From NCBI GenBank assembly GCA_035717985.1, contig DASTHW010000016.1, positions 1,859 through 65,858 on the forward strand: 64,000 bases of DNA, read 5' to 3'. The translations under genes and the position numbers were made by a program. Shown here in pieces: positions 1 through 7,771 of this stretch. The number at the start of each line of letters is the position of its first letter. The stretch's first letter is position 1. The DNA comes from Candidatus Saccharimonadales bacterium. GTDB taxonomy: Bacteria; Patescibacteriota; Saccharimonadia; Saccharimonadales; UBA10212. The notes below the pieces were generated by a model. That model was not told the origin of the DNA, did not search any database, and saw only the letters and a program-made list of their open reading frames with translations.

Positions 1-146
1 GTTTCTACGCCTTCATCTGTGCGGGCCGCCCCAACAACGTAGGCACCGTGCTCACCCAGATCCAAAGCGATAGCCTCACCAATGCCCCTGTTTGCTCCTG
101 TCACCAACGCCACCCGCTCCGAAAACTCGCTACTCTTAACAGCCAT
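1..146 (-). CDS. short-chain dehydrogenase/reductase (SDR, FabG-like), N-terminal part only; the gene runs off the left edge
   Basis: My own reverse-strand translation from the ATG at 146-144 gives MAVKSSEFSERVALVTGANRGIGEAIALDLGEHGAYVVGAARTDEGVE. It contains the SDR Rossmann motif TGxxxGIG. It is truncated, so it is absent from the ORF track. Confidence 0.6.
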   Translation of the reverse strand, partial: MAVKSSEFSERVALVTGANRGIGEAIALDLGEHGAYVVGAARTDEGVE

Positions 147-258
147 AAAACTCCTGCTTTTAAATCAATTCACCATATTTTTATACTAAATTGCCAAATA
201 GTCAAGAAGCGGCTGGCTTTTATTTGCTTTAATTACTAAAAATTATATAGTTAGCTTA

Positions 259-1170
259 ATGAGCACAGGAATTATTAGGGCAGGGGTCTACCCTGATCTA
301 CCGCCAGAACTAATGAGCGAGGCTCAAGTAGAATCTTTGATGGCTTTTCAAAATATCGACGAGCTAAGGGAGCTAATTATCGATTCATTTGGCCTAGACT
401 CGAATAGTCCGTACCTTTTAACTGACGCCGATCTAAAGGCATGGCATGAGCATCAAGAGAGCCTACGCGAAGACCAGCACCGCACCCGCAGTACTCATGA
501 ACTTGGCAGACAGGTGTTAGCGACTGTGTCTGAAATGGAAGAAGAATTCGGACGACAAACTCTACTTGATATTGGTTGCGGAGAAGGACGCTTTGGCGAG
601 GCCATGGCCCGTAACGCTAAAGCAAAAGTTACTTTTTTAGATCGCGACCCCGTGCAATTAACGCGTATCTCCAAGAGGGCTGGGAATATAGTGTTAGGTA
701 GCGGCCAAGAGCTACCTTTCGAGGATGAGTCTTTTAGTCGAGTCATGCTGGCATACTCGTCCTTATACTGGGCGGAGACGCCGCTAGAAGCCGCCCAGGC
801 TCTGAATGAAGCTATAAGGGTAACCGAAGTTGACGGTACGGTCATAATCATCCCTTTAACGCATACTATCAGCCAGCGCCGAAGGCTTTTGCCGCTGATG
901 GCTCAGATAAGGGACAAGCTAGGCGACCTAGACGAGCGCGACCGCTATGAAGCAGTTGCATCACTACGAGACTTAACGATAATAAGAGGTCTTTTCAAGC
1001 TCGCCGAACGCCGGCTGGTATCTGTAACCTGGACTAACTTCGTCGGGCCTTCTGTAGTTCCCGGAATTTCATTGGAGAACTATTCAGCTATCATTGATAA
1101 ACACCGGTCTGTCCCGCCGGAAATCTATGAAGATAATCAAAACTACGCTAAACAGTTAATAAAAGTCTAG
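259..1170 (+). CDS. class I SAM-dependent methyltransferase
   Basis: 303-aa ORF with SAM-binding motif I, LLDIGCGEGRFG, followed by a VTFLDRD acidic loop. Substrate unknown. Confidence 0.75.
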   Translation: MSTGIIRAGVYPDLPPELMSEAQVESLMAFQNIDELRELIIDSFGLDSNSPYLLTDADLKAWHEHQESLREDQHRTRSTHELGRQVLATVSEMEEEFGRQTLLDIGCGEGRFGEAMARNAKAKVTFLDRDPVQLTRISKRAGNIVLGSGQELPFEDESFSRVMLAYSSLYWAETPLEAAQALNEAIRVTEVDGTVIIIPLTHTISQRRRLLPLMAQIRDKLGDLDERDRYEAVASLRDLTIIRGLFKLAERRLVSVTWTNFVGPSVVPGISLENYSAIIDKHRSVPPEIYEDNQNYAKQLIKV

Positions 1171-1215
1171 CTTTACTTGCATTAAAGGGTTTAAAGAGTG
1201 GCGATAAAAACAAAA

Positions 1216-1233
1216 AAGACCCCGAGGGGTCTT
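1216..1233 (+). terminator. stem-loop after the methyltransferase gene
   Basis: aagacccc-ga-ggggtctt, a perfect 8-bp stem, preceded by an A-run and followed by taatttgt. Confidence 0.5.
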
Positions 1234-1520
1234 AATTTGTCGGCCGATTTCTCCCGAGGGAGACCTCGGCCCCGAGTTGGCCATTTCTGGCTTTTCTCGT
1301 CGGCCACCTCACAGTGGCTAACTACCAATATAGGCTACGCTCTGATTTGGGTCAACAATAAAACCGGCTAAGTCGGGACTCAAAAATCCACACATTACCA
1401 AAACCAGATAGCCGCTTGTGGTTAAGCTGTGTAATAAATTGTGGACAGCCCTAAATGGCTAGACAAAGTCGCCTCCGGCTCTTATTGTTATTTACAAGCT
1501 TTACCGGTCGGTGAAGTTAG

Positions 1521-1792
1521 GATTGTAGCTGGACCCACTCGATACTCTTTTGGCTAGCCAAGAGAGGGAAGGAGAAAGAGAATGCCTCACGGAGCCCACG
1601 GCAGTGCCCACAAGGCCCGGGGCCGCTTCAAGTACAAGAAGGCGCCTCACGGCCGTAGCGCCCGCATGGGCGACCAGACCAGACGCGCCGGCAAGAACCA
1701 CAAGTAGGCCGCACGGCCGGGAGGGAACACTGGGGCCGGCTCTTGCGAGCCGGCCCGGCCCCTCCCCGGCACCCCAGCGTCCAGCTACAATC
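1521..1792. repeat. perfect 14-bp inverted repeat pair bracketing a GC-rich insert
   Basis: gattgtagctggac at 1521-1534 and its exact reverse complement gtccagctacaatc at 1779-1792 enclose 244 bp. Confidence 0.7.
1582..1707 (+). CDS. hypothetical 41-aa Lys/Arg/His-rich peptide in GC-rich islet 1
   Basis: My translation: MPHGAHGSAHKARGRFKYKKAPHGRSARMGDQTRRAGKNHK. A strong SD (ggaaggaga) lies just upstream of the ATG. I counted 85 G+C in 126 nt (67%), with codon third positions mostly G/C. A GC hairpin at 1734-1755 lies downstream. Confidence 0.4.
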   Translation: MPHGAHGSAHKARGRFKYKKAPHGRSARMGDQTRRAGKNHK

Positions 1793-1898
1793 TACATTCC
1801 TTGTCATTGCCCATAGTAGCCGCCTTTATAGCTTAAAATCTCACAGAAAAAATGCCGGACCGTATTTAGTATTGCAAGTATAAATAGCAGGAGAGCGG

Positions 1899-2282
1899 AT
1901 GGAAGGTAAGGACGGACCGGTTAGTCCATTTCGGGGTTTGGTAAAAGTCCAGCGGGACTTAGATGATATGTTTTCAAGTATGTTTATTCAGCCGGCTGTG
2001 CCGCTTTATGGAGTTTCTGATCAGCAGTTTGTAGCCGAAATGTATTTACCAGAGTTCTCCCCGGAGGATGTGCAGATTAAGGTTCAAGATAACGTGCTGG
2101 AGATTGATGGTCAAAAAGACCGATTTAATCTGAGCGGGCCAAGTTCGGAGCGCTTTTACAGGATTATTGCCCTGCCGGACAGCGTTGACCCAGACAACAT
2201 TGACGCCAGCTTTGACGAAGGAATTTTACGGGTAGAAGTACCGTTCCGCGTCAGGAGTTGGGGCCGCCGAATTTCAATCTAG
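1899..2282 (+). CDS. Hsp20/alpha-crystallin family small heat-shock protein
   Basis: 127 aa with alpha-crystallin domain features (FVAEMYLPEFSPEDVQIKVQDNVLEIDG ... ASFDEGILRVEVP). Confidence 0.85.
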   Translation: MEGKDGPVSPFRGLVKVQRDLDDMFSSMFIQPAVPLYGVSDQQFVAEMYLPEFSPEDVQIKVQDNVLEIDGQKDRFNLSGPSSERFYRIIALPDSVDPDNIDASFDEGILRVEVPFRVRSWGRRISI

Positions 2283-2283
2283 A

Positions 2284-3981
2284 TTAGAAGCTTTGGCGGA
2301 TGCGGCTCATGGAAAAGTCCCAATCAGCCGTAGCTTTTTTATGTGGATTGAAAATGCCGCTGGGGTCCATGATGTTTTTGGCCTGGCGAAATAGATCAAC
2401 TATTTCTTTGCCGTACATAGCTTCCAGCCAGGGGCCGCGGATAAGCCCGTCATTATGCTCGGCCGTGATTGAACCATGGTAATGCAGTACTAGGTCATTA
2501 ACCTCGCGCATAGCCGGCTCTAGCTTGGCCCGCTCACGCGGGTCTTCTATCTTCATCAGGGGGATAACATGAAAGTTGCCATCGCCCATGTGGCCGGCGA
2601 TAGTGGCAAACAGGCTATATTTTTTGATAATGACTCGGAGTTTAGGCAAAAACTCTGTAAGATATGGCGGATTGACAATAAAATCATCGATAAACGGCGC
2701 CGTATGCTTATCTTTAACCTTGCTCCGCAGAAGCTGGAAGCTATAGCGGCGCATAATCCAAAACTTTTCACTTTTACCTTCGGTGGCGTCTTCTTCAAAG
2801 CCGTTTATCTCATAGCGGGCCCGCAGGTGGCTTAAATCGCCGTGCAGGCTTTTAATTTTGGTTCTGACCTCATCTTCGGTCTGGCCGTCAAACTCAACCA
2901 TCAAAATTAATTTAGGCACGCCGCGAAGTAGCTGGAGCCCGTCCGGTATCAAGCTAAACAGCAGATGAATAAATTTACGAAGTCCCAGCAGTTTAAGGAA
3001 ACTAGGCATAAAACGGATGGATAACCACAGCGTCTGATCGTCAAAACTTTCAAAGGTGGCCGGATGATGCTCTAGGACTTTATTAATTAGCTCACCCAGA
3101 TCGTCAATGTCGCGCAGGAAAAGTACCAGCAGACCGTTATGCGGCTTAGCTGGCACCAATTTGAAGTTAATATCGGTAACAAAGCCTAGCGTACCCTGGG
3201 CACCAGCAATTAATTGGGTCAGGTCAAAAACACCTTTTTCTCTATCCCAAACGTCCCATAGGTAATAGCCGGCCGAATTTTTAGATACATGCGGTTTGGC
3301 GGCCTTAATCTTCTCGTAGTTACCGTCAATCAGCTTAAAAAGCTGGCTATAAACTTGGCCTTCAAAGTCGTCTTGGGCCATTTTGGCATCCAGCTCGGCC
3401 TTTGTTAGGGGTTTGACGGTCCGCTCTATGCCGTCGCTAAAAACAAACTTTAGCTCGTTAATAAAATTCTGAGTTTTGCCGAATTCTAATGATTTTTCGC
3501 CGCCGGAATTGTTATTAACCATACCGCCCACGCTGGCTAAATCGCGGCTAGCCGGGTATGTAGGCATTAGGGCGCCGGCTTTAAGAGTCTCTACCTCAAA
3601 ATCTCTATAAAGCACGCCGGGTTGAACTTGGGCAGACTCAGCCGACACTTGCTCGATAGCCGTAAAATAGCGTCTAAAATCAACAATGACTGACTCATTG
3701 ATGGCGCCGCCGCTCATGTCGGTGCCGGCACTGCGGGCCGTTAGACTAAGGCCTGGGATCTGCGGGCGCGCTTCATTGACGGCAGTCACCAATCTAGAAA
3801 TATCGGCTGAATTTTTAGGAAAAACCACTACCTGGGGCATTAGTTCAAACAGCGAGGCGTCGTGGCTATAAAACTGGCGCGTGGCGTCGGAAGTATCAAT
3901 ATCACCCTCAAAGCCTTTTTGTTTGAGCAGGTTATAGAAGGGTTCCATCCCCGGTAGTGAGCTTTCGAGATTATCCGGCAC
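2284..3981 (-). CDS. FAD-binding oxidoreductase (GlcD / D-lactate dehydrogenase-like, FAD_binding_4 family)
   Basis: 565 aa. The N-terminal FAD-binding region reads PQVVVFPKNSADISRLV ... LTARSAGTDMSGGAI, and the C-terminal FAD-oxidase region contains GDGNFHV and GSITAEHNDG. Confidence 0.8.
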   Translation of the reverse strand: MPDNLESSLPGMEPFYNLLKQKGFEGDIDTSDATRQFYSHDASLFELMPQVVVFPKNSADISRLVTAVNEARPQIPGLSLTARSAGTDMSGGAINESVIVDFRRYFTAIEQVSAESAQVQPGVLYRDFEVETLKAGALMPTYPASRDLASVGGMVNNNSGGEKSLEFGKTQNFINELKFVFSDGIERTVKPLTKAELDAKMAQDDFEGQVYSQLFKLIDGNYEKIKAAKPHVSKNSAGYYLWDVWDREKGVFDLTQLIAGAQGTLGFVTDINFKLVPAKPHNGLLVLFLRDIDDLGELINKVLEHHPATFESFDDQTLWLSIRFMPSFLKLLGLRKFIHLLFSLIPDGLQLLRGVPKLILMVEFDGQTEDEVRTKIKSLHGDLSHLRARYEINGFEEDATEGKSEKFWIMRRYSFQLLRSKVKDKHTAPFIDDFIVNPPYLTEFLPKLRVIIKKYSLFATIAGHMGDGNFHVIPLMKIEDPRERAKLEPAMREVNDLVLHYHGSITAEHNDGLIRGPWLEAMYGKEIVDLFRQAKNIMDPSGIFNPHKKATADWDFSMSRIRQSF

Positions 3982-4177
3982 TTCTTGGAGCCCCTAGCTC
4001 GCCAGTTAAATAAATTTGAGATGAAAATATACCCCGTAGATTCAGCTTACGCGCCGAATAATGGCGTCCACGGAGGGCGGGCTGGCTCGAAAGTCTACTA
4101 CCGGGCATTACTCTTAAGCTTAGCATAAAAAGCTGTTTTAGCCGTAGAGCGCTAAGCCGGTATATAATGGATTAACT

Positions 4178-5095
4178 ATGAGGCAATACCTGGAGCTACT
4201 GGAAGATATTAAACGAAATGGCGTCAAAAAAAGCGACCGCACCGGTGTAGGCACAATCAGCGTCTTTGGCCGCCAGCTAAGGTTTGATTTGGCCGAAGGC
4301 TTTCCGGCCATGACCACTAAAAAACTTTTTATGCGCGGCATTATTCACGAGCTGATTTGGTTTTTAGCCGGCTCGACCAACATCAAATACCTAGTTGATA
4401 ACGACGTGCATATTTGGGATGAGTGGCCGTATCGGCATTATTTGATGGAGCAAGGTAAAAACGTGCCCGATAGCAATAGCCAGCAGTGGAAGACGGGTAT
4501 CAAAGAATTTACGGAAAAGATTAAAGCCGACGATGATTTTGCTAAAAAATGGGGCGAGCTGGGGCCGGTTTACGGCTATCAGTGGCGCCGCTGGCCCACG
4601 CCCGACGGCGGCCATATTGATCAAATAGCCAATGCCGTCGACTTGATAAAAAATAATTCCGACTCACGGCGGATTATTGTTTCAGCCTGGAATACTGCCG
4701 ACATTGAGCAGATGAGCAGGGCCGGTCTACCGCCGTGCCATCTACTGTTCCAGTTTTATGTGGCCGACGGTAAATTGTCCTGCCAAATGTACCAGCGCAG
4801 TGCCGATACTTTTTTGGGCGTACCATTTAACATCGCCAGCTACGCGCTTTTGACGATGATGATGGCCCAAGTCTGCGGCCTAAAACCGGGCGAGTTTGTA
4901 CATACTTTTGGCGACACGCACCTATACTTGAACCACCTGGAGCAGGTGGATGAACAATTGAAGCGCAAACCCAGGCCTCTGCCGACTATGAAAATTAACC
5001 CCAAAGTTAAGTCGATAGACGATTTTAAATTTGAAGACTTTGAGCTGGTGGGCTATGATCCTCACCCGGCGATAAAGGCACCAATAGCAGTTTAA
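4178..5095 (+). CDS. thyA: thymidylate synthase
   Basis: Contains RRIIVSAWN and the catalytic-Cys motif [12 protein letters not shown], plus DTHLYLNH. At 305 aa it is a long-insert form. Confidence 0.95.
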   Translation: MRQYLELLEDIKRNGVKKSDRTGVGTISVFGRQLRFDLAEGFPAMTTKKLFMRGIIHELIWFLAGSTNIKYLVDNDVHIWDEWPYRHYLMEQGKNVPDSNSQQWKTGIKEFTEKIKADDDFAKKWGELGPVYGYQWRRWPTPDGGHIDQIANAVDLIKNNSDSRRIIVSAWNTADIEQMSRAGLPPCHLLFQFYVADGKLSCQMYQRSADTFLGVPFNIASYALLTMMMAQVCGLKPGEFVHTFGDTHLYLNHLEQVDEQLKRKPRPLPTMKINPKVKSIDDFKFEDFELVGYDPHPAIKAPIAV

Positions 5096-5110
5096 GGGCA
5101 GACGGGTAAA

Positions 5111-5605
5111 ATGATTCTTTCTTTGATCGTAGCCGCCGCTGAAAACGATGTTATCGGCAAAGACGGGCAGATGCCTTGGCGTCTGCCGGATGAGTCGGCT
5201 TATTTTAGGCAGACCACTCTTGGCCACCCGGTAATTACCGGCCGCAAGAATTACGAGGCCATGGGCCGGCCTCTGCCCGGCCGGCTTAATATCGTCATTA
5301 CCCGGCAGGCCGGCTATAAAGCGGCAGATGGCGTAGAGGTTGTAAACTCCTTAGAATCAGCACTGGCCCTGCCCGAGGTAAAATCGGCAGACGAAGTTTT
5401 TATAATTGGCGGCCAGCAAATTTATGAGATGGCCATGGCTAAAGCCGATCGCCTGTACTTAACCATAGTTCACACAACCATTGCCGGCGGCACGGCCTTT
5501 TTCAAATATGACCCCACTCAGTGGCGGGAGGCCCGCTCAGATTTTCATAAAGCTGACCGAGATCATAAATATGCCTTCACCATTAAACTGTTTGAGCGCA
5601 TTTAA
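5111..5605 (+). CDS. folA: dihydrofolate reductase
   Basis: 164 aa with the DHFR signature VIGKDGQMPWRLPDESAYFRQTT and GRKNYEAMG. It lies immediately downstream of thyA. Confidence 0.9.
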   Translation: MILSLIVAAAENDVIGKDGQMPWRLPDESAYFRQTTLGHPVITGRKNYEAMGRPLPGRLNIVITRQAGYKAADGVEVVNSLESALALPEVKSADEVFIIGGQQIYEMAMAKADRLYLTIVHTTIAGGTAFFKYDPTQWREARSDFHKADRDHKYAFTIKLFERI

Positions 5606-5645
5606 CCATTAGCTTTTTAAGAACCATCTAGCTAAAATTAAGCTT

Positions 5646-6227
5646 ATGCGTAAATTTCTGGCAGGCGGGGAGTTCAGGCTTTGGCTAGCTATCGCCGGCT
5701 CAGTTACTTTAGCCATCGGTGCGGCCTACGCTATGGCCCAGCAGTCCACCAGATTGAGCGCCGATGATTTGCCTCTAACTAACGCCCAAACGGCCAAGGC
5801 CGAGTTGGAATCGGGTGCCACACCAGACGCGGTGGTTCCAGCCCAGATTATTAATCTAGCCAGTAACTATAACCCGTTTTTGATAATAACCGACGGCTCG
5901 CACCATGTACTGGCCAGTTCGGCTAGCTTAAACGGCCAGACACCCTTGCCGCCAGCTGGTACTTTTGACTTCACGGCCATTAACGGCACAGATCACTTTA
6001 CCTGGAAGCCAGCTAACAATGTACGGCTGGCTACTCGTTTGATGAGCTGGAATTATAAAGATAATCACGGTTACATCATTTCCGGTCAATCGCTAAAACC
6101 GTATGAAGACCGCGAGAACATATATCTTGCGACAGCGGTGCCGGCTTGGGCGGCGGCCCTTATTTGGTCTTATATCTTCTTGCTTTTGCCAAAAGCGCCG
6201 GCGGCTAAAAGCCGCCGGGCTAAATAA
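5646..6227 (+). CDS. hypothetical membrane-anchored protein
   Basis: 193 aa with an N-terminal hydrophobic segment (LWLAIAGSVTLAIGAAYA) and a C-terminal one (AVPAWAAALIWSYIFLLL). No recognisable motif. Confidence 0.5.
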   Translation: MRKFLAGGEFRLWLAIAGSVTLAIGAAYAMAQQSTRLSADDLPLTNAQTAKAELESGATPDAVVPAQIINLASNYNPFLIITDGSHHVLASSASLNGQTPLPPAGTFDFTAINGTDHFTWKPANNVRLATRLMSWNYKDNHGYIISGQSLKPYEDRENIYLATAVPAWAAALIWSYIFLLLPKAPAAKSRRAK

Positions 6228-7197
6228 TCAGCATAGCGTCGCCAAAAGAGTAAAAGCGGTACTTTTGAGTTATGGCGTGCTGGTAAATTTTGTGCAGTTC
6301 GTCAACTGAACCAAGGAAAGCCGCCACCAGCATTAAAAGAGTCGAGCGGGGTAGGTGAAAATTAGTTACTAGCGAGTCTACGTTCTTAAATTTATAACCG
6401 GGCGTTATAAAAATGTCTGTCGAGCCGCTAGCCTCGGTAAAAGGCCTATTTATGCTTTCAAGACAGCGAAGCGAGGTGGTACCGACGGCCGTAAGATGGC
6501 TCGACTTATTCAGCTGACTGGCCGCCTTAGCCGACAAAAAATAGTCCTCGGAATGCATCTTATGCTGGGAAATATCGTCAGACTTTACCGGCGCGAAAGT
6601 ACCCAGGCCAACGTGCAAAGTTAACCTAATGATATTGAACCTCCCGCCAAGCTCGGCTAATTGCCGACGCGTAAAGTGCAAGCCGGCCGTCGGCGCCGCC
6701 TTACTTCCTTGTGCCCGGGCGTAAACCGTCTGGTAGTCGGCGGCCAGTGATTCATCCGGCTTAATATAAGGCGGCAAGGGTGTTTGACGGTACTTATCCA
6801 GATCCGGGTCACCTAGCTCTTTACTCAGCTTTAAAGTGCGTACACCGTCGGCGTCTACGGCTAAAGTCTCCACTCTAAGAGCGCTGGCCGGTCGGGTGGT
6901 TTTACCGGGCAGGAACTCCTTGCCAGGGCGCACCAGCGCCCGAACAGTAAAATTATCGAGCGTTTCCAGAACAAAGACTTCAGTTGATCCAAAGCCTAGG
7001 CGGCACTTTTCAACTTTAGAATCATTCAGCACTAAACTGGTTTTATCCACTAAATATTTATCTAGATTATAAAAATGCTCATCTATGATCCGGCGGGTCT
7101 TGCGGTTGTAAACCAAAAGCCGGGCATGGTCTCTGGGGCGAACCGGCCGCTGGGCTATCAATCCGGCTGGCAGTTCAAAATCGAAATCGCTAAGCAT
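6220..7197 (-). CDS. queA: S-adenosylmethionine:tRNA ribosyltransferase-isomerase
   Basis: 325 aa. The N-terminus MLSDFDFELPAGLIAQRPVRPRDHARLLV and the motif TAGLHFT are typical of QueA. Confidence 0.9.
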   Translation of the reverse strand: MLSDFDFELPAGLIAQRPVRPRDHARLLVYNRKTRRIIDEHFYNLDKYLVDKTSLVLNDSKVEKCRLGFGSTEVFVLETLDNFTVRALVRPGKEFLPGKTTRPASALRVETLAVDADGVRTLKLSKELGDPDLDKYRQTPLPPYIKPDESLAADYQTVYARAQGSKAAPTAGLHFTRRQLAELGGRFNIIRLTLHVGLGTFAPVKSDDISQHKMHSEDYFLSAKAASQLNKSSHLTAVGTTSLRCLESINRPFTEASGSTDIFITPGYKFKNVDSLVTNFHLPRSTLLMLVAAFLGSVDELHKIYQHAITQKYRFYSFGDAMLII

Positions 7198-7457
7198 CTA
7201 GTAAGTAGTATATAAAACACCCTTAACCAGCCGGCAATTAAGTTATACTAGCCGGCTATAAATTTGAGTTATTGCATAGCCCCTAAATAGGACTATTATA
7301 AAAATTAATTGTTAATGCTAGTTCTCGCAAAAGCATTGGCTAGTACATCCTGGGAGAAAGGGGGTGATTTCGCTTTAGCCTTTGGGCGCTAAGTAACGTG
7401 CCCAGGGGTAGTTTCAAAAAAACAGCTCGGCAGTACCCGCTTGAAAGGGGGTCTACT

Positions 7458-7649
7458 GTGAACGGCAAAGCGGCCAAGGAGCTCCTCGACATCGAGGAGG
7501 CCGACGCCTGGCACGAATACCTCGAGGCCACCCACGGACAAGGCGAAGCTCGCTACCGCGAGATCGAGCCCTGGGCCTGGGCCCGGCTGAACAATCGCCT
7601 GCGGGCGATCCGTCAGCGCCGCACCAGGCTCAGCCCGGCGGCCGCCTAG
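7458..7649 (+). CDS. hypothetical 63-aa protein in GC-rich islet 2
   Basis: GTG start 6 nt after the SD gaaaggggg, in frame with track ORF 7398..7649. I counted 134 G+C in 192 nt (70%), with strongly G/C third positions. Sequence: VNGKAAKELLDIEEADAWHEYLEATHGQGEARYREIEPWAWARLNNRLRAIRQRRTRLSPAAA. Confidence 0.45.
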   Translation: MNGKAAKELLDIEEADAWHEYLEATHGQGEARYREIEPWAWARLNNRLRAIRQRRTRLSPAAA

Positions 7650-7667
7650 AAGCACCCGTTCCCCCAG

Positions 7668-7740
7668 CCATGCCCGGGCGTGCTGAAACCAGCACGCCCG
7701 GGCATGGCGCCCGCCTCTACTTACATGTAGAGGCGGGCGC
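7668..7740 (+). terminator. two tandem perfect GC-rich hairpins after the islet-2 ORF
   Basis: The first is an 18-bp perfect stem, ccatgcccgggcgtgctg / cagcacgcccgggcatgg, with loop aaac (7668-7707). The second is a 12-13-bp perfect stem, gcgcccgcctcta / tagaggcgggcgc (7707-7740). Neither has a U-tract. Confidence 0.55.
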
Positions 7741-7771
7741 AATCTTACCATTTCTGCGATAATAGCCATTG

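Noticed and set aside
495-851. Antisense or overlapping track ORFs inside well-supported genes. Examples: 495..851(-), 2300..2482(+), 4391..4624(-), 7717..8043(-), 12144..12488(-), 39540..40184(-), 48095..48454(-), 57563..57859(+).
   Set aside because: Each lies fully within, and opposite or out of frame to, a gene with clear family motifs. They show low-complexity or Arg/Ser/Pro-rich shadow composition and lack a Shine-Dalgarno.
1501-1816. Track ORFs 1501..1701(-) and 1550..1816(+) across GC-rich islet 1.
   Set aside because: Long open frames are expected in GC-rich DNA. Only the 41-aa frame at 1582-1707 has an SD plus ATG and G/C-ending codons, so the others are treated as shadows.
3982-4177. 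Possible folate-related riboswitch (ZTP/pfl-like or THF-like) in the 196-nt region upstream of thyA-folA. Strings such as AAUGGCG, CCACGGAG and ACCGGGCA loosely recall the pfl motif.
   Set aside because: The key pseudoknot pairing (GGCG with CGCC) and the motif order are not present. A likely thyA promoter (TTAGCC-17-TATATA) lies downstream of the segment, so it would not be in the thyA leader. cmscan with RF01750/RF01831 would settle it.
7389-7769. 126-aa minus-strand ORF covering islet 2.
   Set aside because: It is the antisense shadow of the GC3-rich plus-strand frame. It has no SD, and it reads through both hairpins.
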